A stretch of 61,510 nt of DNA from an uncultured Planctomycetota bacterium (GTDB taxonomy: Bacteria; Planctomycetota; GCA-002687715; CAIWVZ01). The notes under the pieces are model-generated. The model was not told the DNA's origin, searched no databases, and saw only the letters and a list, made by a program, of their open reading frames with translations. The translations under genes were made by a program, and so were the position numbers. Shown here one piece after another: positions 1 through 10,110 of the stretch (positions within the stretch are counted from its first letter, which is position 1; each line of letters starts with the position of its first letter). The stretch is from the NCBI GenBank assembly GCA_903916245.1, contig CAIWVZ010000064.1:1-61510 (forward strand), written 5' to 3'.

Positions 1-309
1 ACGCTTTGGTCGCAGTTCGGCTCGGTCGTTCCGTGGGACCACCGCGATTTGCGTCCCTACGATCGCAAGGCGGATGCGGGTCCCTACCACGTCGTCACGA
101 TGCGGGTCGGACGTTGGTTCAACGAATGGTCCGCGCAACAGGGGGCGGGGATCCTCGGTATCGAAAGCCGGGAATCGGTGCAGCGCATCAAGTTGACGAA
201 CGCGATCTTCGATTTCGTCGAATCGCGCGCGACGACCGAAGTGCGCAAGGGACCGCCGCCGAAGGCCCCCGCGTCGCGGGAAACGCCGAAGGACGGGAAG
301 CGGTCGTGA
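1..309 (+). CDS. unidentified CDS, 3' end only (enters window from upstream)
   Basis: Frame 1 is open from base 1 to TGA 307-309; the track lists it only from the internal M at 49. Its stop overlaps the GTG of the next gene (GTGA). No family motif recognised. Confidence 0.4.
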   Translation, partial: TLWSQFGSVVPWDHRDLRPYDRKADAGPYHVVTMRVGRWFNEWSAQQGAGILGIESRESVQRIKLTNAIFDFVESRATTEVRKGPPPKAPASRETPKDGKRS

Positions 310-890
310 CGTCGCCGCTCGGCGACCCCGACCGGCTTCTCGCCGAACTCGCCCGCATGCTGAAGGGCGTGAGCGGCGAGGAAACGGCGGTGTTCGTTCG
401 TGAGGTGGCGGCCGCGCGCCGCGTGTTCGTCGCGGGTGCGGGGCGCAGCGGTCTCGTGATGCGGGCCTTCGCGATGCGACTCATGCATCTCGGTAAGGAC
501 GTCCACGTCGTCGGCGACGTGACGGCGCCGCCGCTCGGACGCGGCGACCTGCTCGTCATCGGATCGGGCTCGGGCAAGACGGAATCGATGGTCGGTGTGG
601 CGGGACGCGCCGCGGCGGCCGGAGCCCGTGTGGCGTTGATCACATCCGCCATCCTCGGCCCGCTTGCCGCCTTGGCCCATATCCGCGTGCGGATGCCGCC
701 GATCCTTCCGCCGGAACTCCTGTCGGCCCCGCAGGCGGGGACGCATGCCGACCCCGCATTGTTCCAACCCATGCGGACGCTCTTCGAACAAGCGCTGCTG
801 TTGTGGCTCGACGGCGTGGTCGTCGCTCTCATGGCGCCGCTCGGGACCACTCCCGAAGCGATGGAAGCCCGCCACCAGAACGTCGAATAG
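306..890 (+). CDS. single-SIS-domain sugar-phosphate isomerase, 6-phospho-3-hexuloisomerase (PHI/HxlB)-like
   Basis: C-terminal 194 aa of track ORF 6..890. The first ~100 aa of that ORF are Arg/Gly-rich shadow over the upstream CDS. GTG 306 overlaps the upstream stop. Motifs RVFVAGAGRSGLVMRAFAMRLMHLG and LLVIGSGSGKTES. Confidence 0.75.
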   Translation: MTSPLGDPDRLLAELARMLKGVSGEETAVFVREVAAARRVFVAGAGRSGLVMRAFAMRLMHLGKDVHVVGDVTAPPLGRGDLLVIGSGSGKTESMVGVAGRAAAAGARVALITSAILGPLAALAHIRVRMPPILPPELLSAPQAGTHADPALFQPMRTLFEQALLLWLDGVVVALMAPLGTTPEAMEARHQNVE

Positions 891-896
891 CCCCGT

Positions 897-2228
897 TCAG
901 GCCTTTTCCGCCCGCTCCTTCTTCGCGACCCACATCGCGCAGACCAAATCCGACGTGACGTTGGGAACGGTGCGCGCCATGTCGACGAGACGATCCACGC
1001 CGAGAATCAGCGCGAGCATGTCGGCGGGAATCCCGACTTGGGTCAGGACGAGCGCGAGCAGCGGCAGCGAACCGCCCGGGACGCCCGCGGCTCCGATCGC
1101 GGTGAGCACCGCGAGACAGACGACGACGGCTTGGGATCCGAGCGAGAGTTCGATCCCCGCGACCTGTGCGAGGAACAGCACGACGGCGCCTTCGAAGAGC
1201 GCGGTGCCGTTCATGTTCATCGTGGCGCCGAGAGGGAGCACGAACCCCGCGATGGGTTTCGGCACGTTGAATTCGTTCACCGCCGTGTTGATGGTCGTCG
1301 GCAGCGTCGCGTTGGACGACGACGTCGAGAACGCGGTCACCGTGAGCACCTTGATGCGTCGGAAAAAGTCGGCGATCGGCCATCCGCCGAACCAACGAGC
1401 GAGCAGGCCGAGCACCAGATATTGGTGCAACGCCAAGCCGAACATGGCGACGAGGACGTAGTAGCCGAGAGCCACCAGCACGTCGATCCCGAGTTTCGAC
1501 GTGACGTTGAAGACCAGGCCCGCCACGCCGTAGGGGGCCAGCTTCATGGCGTAACCGAGCACCTTGACGCAAAGGTCGTAGAGGATCTGACAGACGTCGA
1601 CGAACGGCTTGATGCGCTCGGGGGCGAACGCCGTGGCGGCCGCCCCGAGGATGAGGGCGAAGAAGATGAGACCGAGCGTGTCGCGGTCGTCGGCGGCGGA
1701 CCGCACCACGTTCTTCGGCACGATGTTGACGAAGGTGGAGATGCCGAAGCCGGTTCCCTCCTTCGCGGCTTCGACCTTCTTGTCCGCTTCGCCCTTGAAT
1801 TCCTTGCGGATTTCTTCCGCCTTGGCCCGGTCGATCTTCTTGCCGGGTTCGAACGTGTTCATCAGAACGAGGCCGAGCACGACGGCGAGGCCGGTCGTGA
1901 TGCCGAACCACGCCAAGGTGCGCGCGCCGATCTTGCCGAGCTTTCTCAGGTCGCCGAGCCCCGACACCCCGAGGAACAGGGAGCAGAAGACGAGCGGAAC
2001 GACGACCATGAACAGCATGCGAAGGAACACTTGCCCGACGGGGGACGCGACGTTGTCCGCGAACCACCGCACGCGTTCGTATTCGGGGCTCGCCGCCGCG
2101 CCGGCCGCCGGAGCGAACTTCCAGTTGAGCAGCGAGCCCGCGACGGCTCCGACGAGTAGGCCCACGAGGATCCGACCCGCGAGATTGCCGTGCGGTTTGT
2201 TTTCTTCCGTGCCGGTGGTGTCGGTCAT
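897..2228 (-). CDS. dicarboxylate/amino acid:cation symporter (DAACS/SDF family)
   Basis: 443 aa, multi-TM. Family-typical stretches SSSNATLPTTI, GATMNMNGTALFEG, GVPGGSLPLL, ILGVDRLVDMARTVPNVTSD. Confidence 0.9.
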   Translation of the reverse strand: MTDTTGTEENKPHGNLAGRILVGLLVGAVAGSLLNWKFAPAAGAAASPEYERVRWFADNVASPVGQVFLRMLFMVVVPLVFCSLFLGVSGLGDLRKLGKIGARTLAWFGITTGLAVVLGLVLMNTFEPGKKIDRAKAEEIRKEFKGEADKKVEAAKEGTGFGISTFVNIVPKNVVRSAADDRDTLGLIFFALILGAAATAFAPERIKPFVDVCQILYDLCVKVLGYAMKLAPYGVAGLVFNVTSKLGIDVLVALGYYVLVAMFGLALHQYLVLGLLARWFGGWPIADFFRRIKVLTVTAFSTSSSNATLPTTINTAVNEFNVPKPIAGFVLPLGATMNMNGTALFEGAVVLFLAQVAGIELSLGSQAVVVCLAVLTAIGAAGVPGGSLPLLALVLTQVGIPADMLALILGVDRLVDMARTVPNVTSDLVCAMWVAKKERAEKA

Positions 2229-2231
2229 CGG

Positions 2232-2843
2232 TCAGGCTTTCTTTTCGAAGTAGACGAGATCGACGAAGACGGCTGCGAGAAGGACGACCGCACGCTCGTC
2301 GTTGCCGAGCGCTCGCGGCGTGAACACGACCCGGAAATTGTCCGCGTCCGTGAAGGCTTCCTTCAGAAGGCCGCTCCACTTCTTTTCGATGCGCGCGACC
2401 TCGTCTCCGCCGCGGGTGAGCCGGAAGGTCCACGGTGTCCACAGGGGCGAGGCGACTTCCGCGGTGGCGCCTTGCGCGAACCGGACGTCGAAGCGTTTCT
2501 TGATGAGCGCGAAGCGCTGGTCGAGGACGCCGAGTTCACGGCCGTCGTGGGTCGTGATGTGCAGTTCCTGGAAGAACCAGCGAAACGGGTGCGTCGCTTC
2601 GAGGAGCTGTTCGCCGGTCGGGGAGACCATCGCGAGGTGGAACGTCCGCCAATGGCCGAGGAACTGGCGCCCGATCGCCGATGCGAAGCCGCGGCCCTTC
2701 TCGGCGACGAGGGCGATCCGCTCCTCCCCGGCGAGAACCTCGTACTTGTTGCGGGTTTCGAATCCGAAAAGCTCGGCCAATTCGCGGCGTTGCCGAACGA
2801 CGTACTCGTCGCAACGCGTCAGATCCGGGAGACGAAGCGTCAT
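2232..2843 (-). CDS. phospholipid scramblase-family protein
   Basis: 203 aa. Scramblase-family pattern ETRNKYEV, RPF-like HPFRWF, IEKKWSGLLKEAFTDADNFRVVF, and a C-terminal hydrophobic LLAAVFVDLVYFE. Sits 3 nt upstream of the DAACS gene. Confidence 0.75.
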   Translation of the reverse strand: MTLRLPDLTRCDEYVVRQRRELAELFGFETRNKYEVLAGEERIALVAEKGRGFASAIGRQFLGHWRTFHLAMVSPTGEQLLEATHPFRWFFQELHITTHDGRELGVLDQRFALIKKRFDVRFAQGATAEVASPLWTPWTFRLTRGGDEVARIEKKWSGLLKEAFTDADNFRVVFTPRALGNDERAVVLLAAVFVDLVYFEKKA

Positions 2844-2920
2844 GGCGCGGAGGCTACCACACGGGGTCGAGTTGACGGACCCGCGCCACGGCGCAACATA
2901 GGCGGGGGCGAGCTCGCCCC

Positions 2921-4117
2921 ATGGAGTCCCGCATGCCCGAAGCGTTCATCGTCTCGGCGGCTCGAACCGCCGTCGGCAAGTTCATGGGATCGTTGAAGGA
3001 CATCCCGACGACCGATCTCGGCGCCGTGGTCGTTCGCGAAGCCGTGAAACGCTCCGGGGCGGATCCGGCACTGGTCGAGGACGTGATCATGGGCTGCGTG
3101 CTCCCGGCGGGACTCGGTCAGAACCCGGCGCGACAGGCCGCGATCCGCGGCGGAGTCCCGGACAAAGCCGGTGCGTTGACCATCAACAAGGTGTGTGGGT
3201 CCGGACTGAAGGCCGTCATGCTCGCGGCACAAGCCATCCGTGCGGGCGATCTCGACTGCGTGGTCGCGGGCGGCATGGAAAACATGAGCCGTTCGCCGCA
3301 TCTCGTTCCCGGATCGCGCGACGGCTTCCGCCTCGGGCATGCCAAGCTCGTGGATTCCATGATCAACGACGGCCTGTGGGACGTCTACAACGATTTCCAC
3401 ATGGGCATCACGGCGGAGAAAGTCGCCACGAAGTACGGAATCACGCGCGCCGAGCAGGACGCCTACGCGGTCGACAGCCATCGCAAGGCCGCCGCCGCGA
3501 TCGACGCGGGCGCCTTCAAGGACGAGATCGTCGCGGTCGAGATCGCGCAGCGCAAGGGGCCGCCGATCGCGTTCGCGCAGGACGAGTCCGTCCGGCGCGA
3601 CACGACGATCGAAGGGTTGTCGGCCTTGAAACCCGCCTTCGCGAAGGACGGTACCGTGACCGCCGGCAACGCGCCCGGCTGCAACGACGGAGCCGCCGCG
3701 TTCATGGTGGTGTCCGAGGCGTTCATGAAGACGCACGGGCTGAAGCCGATCGCGCGGATCCTCGGCGGCGCGACGGGCGGGATGGCGCCCGAATGGGTCA
3801 TGATGGCGCCCGTCGACGCCGTGGCCAGGCTGAACAAGCGCCTCGGTGTCGCCATCGGCCACTGGGATCTCTTCGAATACAACGAGGCCTTCTCCGTGCA
3901 GGCGCTCGCGGTCGTCCGCGAGACCGGTGCGGACCCCGCTCGCGTCAATGTGAACGGAGGTGCCGTCGCGATCGGGCATCCGATCGGCGCGTCCGGCGGT
4001 CGCGTGTTGGCGACGTTGCTGCATGCGTTGCGGGCGCGCGGCGGCGGAAAAGGTCTCGCGGCGCTTTGCCTCGGCGGCGGCAACGCCGTCGCCATGGGCG
4101 TGGAGGTGATCCGATGA
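2921..4117 (+). CDS. acetyl-CoA C-acetyltransferase (thiolase) paralog 1
   Basis: 398 aa. INKVCGSGLKAV active-site Cys region, NVNGGAVAIGHPIGASG, and GLAALCLGGG near the C-terminus. ATG 2933 (GGAG 7 nt upstream) is an alternative start. Confidence 0.9.
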   Translation: MESRMPEAFIVSAARTAVGKFMGSLKDIPTTDLGAVVVREAVKRSGADPALVEDVIMGCVLPAGLGQNPARQAAIRGGVPDKAGALTINKVCGSGLKAVMLAAQAIRAGDLDCVVAGGMENMSRSPHLVPGSRDGFRLGHAKLVDSMINDGLWDVYNDFHMGITAEKVATKYGITRAEQDAYAVDSHRKAAAAIDAGAFKDEIVAVEIAQRKGPPIAFAQDESVRRDTTIEGLSALKPAFAKDGTVTAGNAPGCNDGAAAFMVVSEAFMKTHGLKPIARILGGATGGMAPEWVMMAPVDAVARLNKRLGVAIGHWDLFEYNEAFSVQALAVVRETGADPARVNVNGGAVAIGHPIGASGGRVLATLLHALRARGGGKGLAALCLGGGNAVAMGVEVIR

Positions 4118-4686
4118 TCCGTTCAGTCGTTTTCGCGTTGGTCGCGGCGTGCGTCTTCGTCGGCTGCGGCGACGACGTCCAGTTCGCGAAGGCTCCGGCG
4201 AAGGTTGATCAAAAGTCGACACCCTCCACGGCCGTCCCTTCCGAACCCGAGAGGATCCCGACGCACGGGACCCCCGACGACAAACCCGCCGGTTCGCCTC
4301 CCGCCGATCCCTTCGCCGACGGAAGCGCGCCGAAGATTGAAAAAAACGTCTCGGCCGCGGATCCGGAGGAAGTCGTTGTGGGCGGGACGATTGAGGTCGA
4401 TCCGTCGGTTCAGCTCCCGACGAAGACGCTTTTCGTCTACCTCATCGGCTCCCCGACGGAACGTATCCCGCTTCTCGCGCGACGCTACGACGATCCGAAG
4501 TTTCCGCTCACCTTCGAGATACGTCGCAAGGACACCGCCATGGGGGCGGCCGTCGTGGATAAACCCGTGTGGGTGCGTGCGATGCTGTCGGATTCCGGCG
4601 ACGTGATGCGCGGTCGTTCCAAGACGGTCAGCGACAAGGCGTTCGAACCCTACAAAACCCGAGACGCGCGACTTCTTCTGAAGTAG
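4114..4686 (+). CDS. lipoprotein, unknown function
   Basis: In-frame tail of shadow ORF 3193..4686. ATG 4114 overlaps the thiolase stop (ATGA). Signal/lipobox MIRSVVFALVAACVFVGCG followed by a Pro-rich linker. Confidence 0.6.
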   Translation: MIRSVVFALVAACVFVGCGDDVQFAKAPAKVDQKSTPSTAVPSEPERIPTHGTPDDKPAGSPPADPFADGSAPKIEKNVSAADPEEVVVGGTIEVDPSVQLPTKTLFVYLIGSPTERIPLLARRYDDPKFPLTFEIRRKDTAMGAAVVDKPVWVRAMLSDSGDVMRGRSKTVSDKAFEPYKTRDARLLLK

Positions 4687-4766
4687 AAACTTTTTTCACA
4701 ACGCCGATTTTGGGGGATAGGTTTCTCGGCCTTCGCCGTTTCAGAGAAGGCGTGAGCACTCCCCCC

Positions 4767-6617
4767 ATGAAGTCACACAACAAGAATTTTCTGCGCGTCG
4801 TCGCGCTTTCCCTTCTGACGACCGTCGCGGCGTACGCTCAATGGCCGAACCGCGTTTCGGAGTCGCCCACCGGCGGTATTTCGACCGGGATCACGATCTT
4901 GAGCGGGGTCTCCGCGGACGGACGCTGGGCGTTCATCGAAGCGGATGGCGACGAACTCGCCGCCGGCGACGTCAATCTCCAAGGCGACATCATCGCCAAG
5001 AACATGATCACGGGCGAGACTTCGCTCCTCAGCCGCGGTCTTTGGTTCGGGCAGCAGTTCGGTATTCGCCCGGGCGAAGGCGCGGCGTCGAGCGCCGACG
5101 GTCGCATCGTGGCGTTCGTGTGGCGTGACCCGGGTGTCGCCTTCGAAGACGGCGGCGTCCCGGACACCAACACCAAGCGAGACGTCTACCTCCTCGATCG
5201 TGACGCCGACGGTAACGGCGTGTGGGACGAACTCACCCCCGGTGGCCGTAGCCTCAAGCTGATCTCGCGTCCGGCCGGAGCTCAAGGCGACGGTGCGGCG
5301 GGCGGCGCGGCGGTTTCCGCCGACGGTCGCTGGATCGCCTACCACTCGGACTCCGAGAATCTCGTCCCCGGCGACACCAACGGCGCCGGCGACATCTTCG
5401 TCTACGACCGCGTGAACGGCACCACGGTGCGCGTCTCGGTGGCGTCGGACGGAACGCAACAGGACAACTGGACGGATCTCGGACCGGTCATCTCGCCGAA
5501 CGGTCGCTTCGTCGCATTCGAAAGCCTCGCGACGAACCTCGTCCCGGGCGACACGAACAACGCCTACGACGTGTTCATCCACGATCGTGACGCCGACGGC
5601 AACGGCATCTACGACGAGACGGGCCCGGGCCAGCGCGCGACGATCCGCGTGTCGCAACGCGCGGACGGTGGGCAGGTCAACGGATCTCCGTCCAATCTCG
5701 ACCCCAACGACGACCACATCGCGTTCGCCGTGGCTCGCGGCGTTTCGGACGATGGCCGTCGCGTCGTCTTCAGCCATCCGGGCGCGATCCTTCCGGGCGA
5801 CGCGCCGCTCACGACCGACGTCTATATGCTCGACCGCGACGCCAACGGCGACGGCGTGATGGACGACTGGTCGTACACCAACCTCGCGCCGCTCGCGGCC
5901 GCGCAGGGTGGATCGGCCTCCGGGTTCATCAACAACGGCATCATCGCCGCGAACGTGTCGCCCAATCTCCGTTGGATGACCGTGACCTCCGGCGACCCGG
6001 CATTCATCGCGAACTACGGCGGTGATCCTCTCAACGTCCCGCAGCTCACGGTCCTCAGGGATCTGCTCCGCGGCGAAGAGCGCGTGATCGACCAAAACCC
6101 GGCCGGCGCTCTGACCGATTTCCCGGCCGCTTTCCAGACGGCGATCGCGAACAACGGCTTGACGCTCGTGACCTCGCTCGCATCCAACATCATGGCCGAC
6201 GACACGAATCTCGTCGAAGACGTGTTCGTCTACGACCCGCGATTCGGCGTTTCGGCGGCGGCTCCGGCGATCATGAACACGACGATGCCGCTCCACTTCC
6301 GCGCGGAAGGGCAGGCCGGCAAGTTCTATCAGGCGGCGTGCATGCTGAACTGGAATCCGGGCGTCAGGTCCGGTCCGCACTTCATCCCGCTCGCGGTCGA
6401 CGACATGTTCATCTGGTCGGCGATCCTCGGTGTGCCGAACTTCGGCAACTTCCGCGGTGTGCTCGACGCGAACGGTGAAGCCAACGGCTACATCGTGGTT
6501 CCGGTCGTCCCCGGCATGTCCGGATTCTCGTTCTACACGGGATTCGTCGTGGCGGACTTCGGTGCGCCGTTCGACATGGGCGGTTTCGGCCGTCTCCTGA
6601 CGATCACGATTCAGTGA
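4767..6617 (+). CDS. secreted PD40/TolB-like beta-propeller repeat protein
   Basis: Internal ATG 4767 gives the signal peptide MKSHNKNFLRVVALSLLTTVAAYAQ. Repeated S(A/P)DGR(W/F)(I/V)AF.S.A.NLVPGDTN..(Y/G)D(V/I)F units (PD40-like). Three DRDA(D/N)G(N/D)G..D inserts. Confidence 0.7.
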   Translation: MKSHNKNFLRVVALSLLTTVAAYAQWPNRVSESPTGGISTGITILSGVSADGRWAFIEADGDELAAGDVNLQGDIIAKNMITGETSLLSRGLWFGQQFGIRPGEGAASSADGRIVAFVWRDPGVAFEDGGVPDTNTKRDVYLLDRDADGNGVWDELTPGGRSLKLISRPAGAQGDGAAGGAAVSADGRWIAYHSDSENLVPGDTNGAGDIFVYDRVNGTTVRVSVASDGTQQDNWTDLGPVISPNGRFVAFESLATNLVPGDTNNAYDVFIHDRDADGNGIYDETGPGQRATIRVSQRADGGQVNGSPSNLDPNDDHIAFAVARGVSDDGRRVVFSHPGAILPGDAPLTTDVYMLDRDANGDGVMDDWSYTNLAPLAAAQGGSASGFINNGIIAANVSPNLRWMTVTSGDPAFIANYGGDPLNVPQLTVLRDLLRGEERVIDQNPAGALTDFPAAFQTAIANNGLTLVTSLASNIMADDTNLVEDVFVYDPRFGVSAAAPAIMNTTMPLHFRAEGQAGKFYQAACMLNWNPGVRSGPHFIPLAVDDMFIWSAILGVPNFGNFRGVLDANGEANGYIVVPVVPGMSGFSFYTGFVVADFGAPFDMGGFGRLLTITIQ

Positions 6618-6640
6618 TCCGTCGGCGGATTTGAACGAAT

Positions 6641-6677
6641 CGCGGGGGGCTCCGGAAGGGGCCCCCTGCGATGTTTT
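6641..6677 (+). terminator. rho-independent terminator candidate after the PD40 gene
   Basis: CGCGGGGGGC-loop-GCCCCCTGCG stem followed by TGTTTT. Confidence 0.55.
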
Positions 6678-6721
6678 GCGGGTCGCTCGGAACGGGTAAC
6701 TTCGGGGTGGAGTTTCCCCTC

Positions 6722-7582
6722 ATGCAGCACGCGAAAGTCGGAGTCGTCGGCGGCGGAACCATGGGCAACGGCATCGCCCACGTCATGGCTCAGTCCGGCC
6801 GTTCGGTCACCCTCCTCGAGATGAAACCCGAGTTGCTCGACCGGGCGAAGAAGACGATCGAGGGCAACCTCGCACGCCAGGTGAAGAAGGGGGCGCTCAC
6901 CGAGGCCGACGCGGCGGCGACGCTCGGACGCATCACGGGGACCACGGACGTCGCCGCCCTCGGCGACTGTTCGCTCGTCGTCGAGGCGATCGTCGAAAAC
7001 CTCGACGCGAAGCGCAGCCTCTTCAAGAGCCTCGACGCGGTCACAGCCCCGTCCGCCATCTTGGCCTCGAATACGTCGTCGATCTCGATTACGAAGATCG
7101 CCGCGTCGACCAAGCGCCCGGGGCAGGTGATCGGCATGCACTTCATGAACCCCGTTCCGGTCATGAAGTTGGTGGAAATCATCCGCGGCAACGACACGTC
7201 CGATGCGACCGTTGCGGAGACCGTCGCGGTCGTCAAGGACCTCCAGAAGATCCCCGTCGAAGCCAACGACTTCCCGGGCTTCGTCTCGAACCGCGTGTTG
7301 ATGCCTTTGATCAACGAAGCGGCGTTCGCGCTGATGGAAGGCGTAGCGACCAAGGAAGCCATCGACGAGATCATGAAACTCGGCATGGCGCATCCGATGG
7401 GACCGCTCACTCTCGCGGACTTCATCGGCCTCGACGTCTGCCTCAACATCATGGAAGTGTTGCAGCACGGCTTCGGCGACCCGCGATTCCGCCCGTGCCC
7501 TCTCATCCGCAAGTTGGTCGACGCCGGGCACCTCGGTCGTAAGACGGGCCGCGGCTTCTACACCTACGGAACCGGCGCATGA
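6722..7582 (+). CDS. hbd: 3-hydroxybutyryl-CoA / 3-hydroxyacyl-CoA dehydrogenase
   Basis: Start moved to ATG 6722 (GGGGTGGAG about 10 nt upstream). Rossmann [16 protein letters not shown]; C-terminal [11 protein letters not shown]. Confidence 0.9.
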   Translation: MQHAKVGVVGGGTMGNGIAHVMAQSGRSVTLLEMKPELLDRAKKTIEGNLARQVKKGALTEADAAATLGRITGTTDVAALGDCSLVVEAIVENLDAKRSLFKSLDAVTAPSAILASNTSSISITKIAASTKRPGQVIGMHFMNPVPVMKLVEIIRGNDTSDATVAETVAVVKDLQKIPVEANDFPGFVSNRVLMPLINEAAFALMEGVATKEAIDEIMKLGMAHPMGPLTLADFIGLDVCLNIMEVLQHGFGDPRFRPCPLIRKLVDAGHLGRKTGRGFYTYGTGA

Positions 7583-8730
7583 CGACGGGCGTCCCGACTC
7601 TCGGCCCCGATCTCGAGCGCCTTCGCGCCGACGCCCGTGCGTTCGCCGACGAGGTGATCGCGCCCGGTGCCGCCGAGCGGGACCGCCGCAAGGAATTCCC
7701 CACGGCCGTCCTCAAAGCGGCGGCCGCGAAAGGATACTGGGGCATCCTCGTGCCGGAGAACTACGGCGGGATGGCCGCCGGGAATCTCGGTCAGTCGGTG
7801 ATTCTCGAAGAATTCGCGCGCGCCGACGCATCGACGCACGTCACGCTCTCGGTCCACAATTCGTTGGTCTGCGGGCCGCTCCTGGCCTACGGCAGCGAGT
7901 CCCTGAAAGCCGCATGGCTCCCGAAACTCGCTTCCGGCGAAGCCCTCGGCGGCTATGCGTTGACCGAGCCGCATGCCGGGTCGGATGCGGCGTCGCTTTC
8001 GTGTACCGCGGTGCGCGACGGCGATTCATGGGTGCTCAACGGCACCAAGATGTGGATCACGACGGGAACGCAGTGCGACGTGCTGCTGCTCTTCGCGCGG
8101 ACGGATCGCGACGCTCCGAAGGCCAAAGGCATCTCGGCCTTCATCGTGCCGCGTCGCCTGCCCGGATTGACCGCAGGCAAGCCCGAAAACAAGTTGGGGA
8201 TCCGCGCTTCGGAAACCGTTCAGTTGTTCCTCGAAAACGTGAGAATCCCCGCCGATTCGCTGATCGGCGAGGTCAACCGCGGCTTCAACTACGCGATGGA
8301 AACGTTGAACGGCGGGCGTGTCGGCATCGCCGTCCAAGCCGTCGGCATCGCCCAGCGCATCGTCGACGAGACGGCCGCGTTCCTTCGGGATCGGGTGCGT
8401 CACGGCGAAAAGGGGCGCACGACGCAGGACGAAGATTTCCGTCTCGCCGAGATGGCGACGAAGGTCGACGCCGCGCGGCTTCTCTGCTGGCGTGCGGCCG
8501 AACTTCGCGATCAAAAGCGCGATCACGTCCGCGAAGCCTCGATGGCGAAACTCTTCGCCACGCAGTCGTGCAACGAAATCGCGAGGGCCGCCGTGGAACT
8601 CGTCGGGCCGACCGCGATCGCGGGCGGCCACGTCGTCGAACGCCTGTTCCGCGATGCACGGATCACGGAGCTCTACGAAGGCACGACGGAAGTTCAAAAA
8701 CTCGTCATCGCGAGGACGTACCTCCGGTGA
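7579..8730 (+). CDS. acyl-CoA dehydrogenase (short-chain/butyryl-CoA type)
   Basis: 383 aa. [41 protein letters not shown] overlaps the hbd stop (ATGA). Confidence 0.9.
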   Translation: MTTGVPTLGPDLERLRADARAFADEVIAPGAAERDRRKEFPTAVLKAAAAKGYWGILVPENYGGMAAGNLGQSVILEEFARADASTHVTLSVHNSLVCGPLLAYGSESLKAAWLPKLASGEALGGYALTEPHAGSDAASLSCTAVRDGDSWVLNGTKMWITTGTQCDVLLLFARTDRDAPKAKGISAFIVPRRLPGLTAGKPENKLGIRASETVQLFLENVRIPADSLIGEVNRGFNYAMETLNGGRVGIAVQAVGIAQRIVDETAAFLRDRVRHGEKGRTTQDEDFRLAEMATKVDAARLLCWRAAELRDQKRDHVREASMAKLFATQSCNEIARAAVELVGPTAIAGGHVVERLFRDARITELYEGTTEVQKLVIARTYLR

Positions 8731-9686
8731 CCGTCGACGCGCTCGCGAAGGGAATCGTCGCGGGCGACCGCAGGGCCCTCGCGCGCGGACTTTCCCTCGT
8801 CGAATCGGGCGCGGCCGAAGGCGCGGCGCTTCTCGACGGGGTGCGCGCTCGTCTCGGAAGGGCGCGACGCATCGGCGTGACCGGGCCGCCGGGTGCGGGC
8901 AAGTCGTCTCTCGTGAACGCGCTGGTGCGTGAAGCTCGCGCGGCGGGGGCCGAGGTCGCCGTACTCGCCGTCGACCCGTCGAGTCCGTTCTCGGGCGGGG
9001 CACTCCTCGGTGATCGCGTTCGCATGTCGGAACATGCGCTCGACCGCGGCGTTTTCATCCGCAGTCAGGCCTCGCGTCTCGCGATGGGCGGGTTGGCCGC
9101 CACGTCTCACGGCATGACGGATCTTCTCGACGCCGCCGGATTCGATCTCGTCGTCGTGGAGACCGTCGGCGTCGGACAGTCCGAACTCGAAATCGTGCGC
9201 CAAGCCGACGTGACCGCGATCGTGCTCGCCCCTTCGATGGGGGACATGGTGCAAGCGATGAAGGCGGGGCTCGTCGAAGCCGGAGACCTCGTGGTCGTGA
9301 ACAAGGGCGATCTCCCCGGCGCGGCTTCGTGCCGCGACGAGATCGTCGCCGCGTTCGGAATGACCGCGGAATCCGGCGGTGCGGCACGGGCGGACGACGT
9401 GCTGCTCGTTTCCGCCGCGACGGGCGACGGCGTGAAGGAACTCCTCGCACGCCTTCGTGCGATCCCCGACGCCGTCGTCGCCGAGCGCCGCATCACCGCC
9501 GATGCCCGCCGCGTCGACGCGGCCGTCGTGCGAGCGCTCGCCGACCTGCGGCTCAAGCCCGCGGCGGCGTCGCTCGCCGCCACGCTCACTCCCGCGGTGC
9601 GCCGCGGCGACGTATCCTTGGAAGAGGCCGTTCGCACCATCGTGGCCGCCGCCGTCGGCTCCGATCGCGAGGCCCGACGTCCATGA
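8727..9686 (+). CDS. meaB: methylmalonyl-CoA mutase-associated G-protein chaperone MeaB/ArgK
   Basis: In-frame tail of shadow ORF 7914..9686. GTG 8727 overlaps the ACAD stop (GTGA). P-loop [12 protein letters not shown], signature [24 protein letters not shown]. Confidence 0.85.
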   Translation: MTVDALAKGIVAGDRRALARGLSLVESGAAEGAALLDGVRARLGRARRIGVTGPPGAGKSSLVNALVREARAAGAEVAVLAVDPSSPFSGGALLGDRVRMSEHALDRGVFIRSQASRLAMGGLAATSHGMTDLLDAAGFDLVVVETVGVGQSELEIVRQADVTAIVLAPSMGDMVQAMKAGLVEAGDLVVVNKGDLPGAASCRDEIVAAFGMTAESGGAARADDVLLVSAATGDGVKELLARLRAIPDAVVAERRITADARRVDAAVVRALADLRLKPAAASLAATLTPAVRRGDVSLEEAVRTIVAAAVGSDREARRP

Positions 9687-9702
9687 TCGGAGTATCCGTC
9701 CC

Positions 9703-10110
9703 ATGACCCGCAAGATCCGAGTCCTCGTGGCGAAGCCCGGCCTCGACGGGCACGACCGCGGCGCCAAGGTCGTCGCCGCCGCGCTTCGCGACGCCGGCAT
9801 GGAAGTCGTCTACACCGGGTTGCATCAGACACCCGAGATGGTGGTCGCGGCGGCTCTTCAGGAAGACGTCGACGCCATCGGACTCTCGGTGCATTCGGGG
9901 GCGCATCTCACGCTCTTCCGCAAGGTTCTCGCGCTCATGAAGGAAAAGGGGCTCGACGACGTGCTCCTGACCGGCGGCGGCATCATCCCGGAGAAGGATC
10001 GTGCGACGCTCGCCGCCGAAGGCGTCGGCCGTCTCTTCGGCCCCGGGACGCCGCTCAAGGAACTCGCCGCCTACATCGCCGCGGAAACGGCGGTACGTCG
10101 CCCCCGATGA
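9703..10110 (+). CDS. cobalamin-binding small subunit/domain of an acyl-CoA mutase
   Basis: 135 aa from ATG 9703 (GGAG upstream). [29 protein letters not shown] carries the DxHxxG B12-binding motif; GLSVHSGAH. Confidence 0.85.
   Translation: MTRKIRVLVAKPGLDGHDRGAKVVAAALRDAGMEVVYTGLHQTPEMVVAAALQEDVDAIGLSVHSGAHLTLFRKVLALMKEKGLDDVLLTGGGIIPEKDRATLAAEGVGRLFGPGTPLKELAAYIAAETAVRRPR

Noticed and set aside
6-305. N-terminal 100 aa of track ORF 6..890
   Set aside because: It overlaps the incoming upstream CDS, which is open in frame 1 from base 1. It is Arg/Gly-rich. PHI-type SIS proteins are ~190 aa, and GTG 306 gives a GTGA junction.
829-2442. 537-aa minus-strand ORF, with other long ORFs overlapping the DAACS gene
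   Set aside because: It is out of frame with the clearly membrane-transporter-like 897..2228 ORF and has Arg-rich low-complexity composition.
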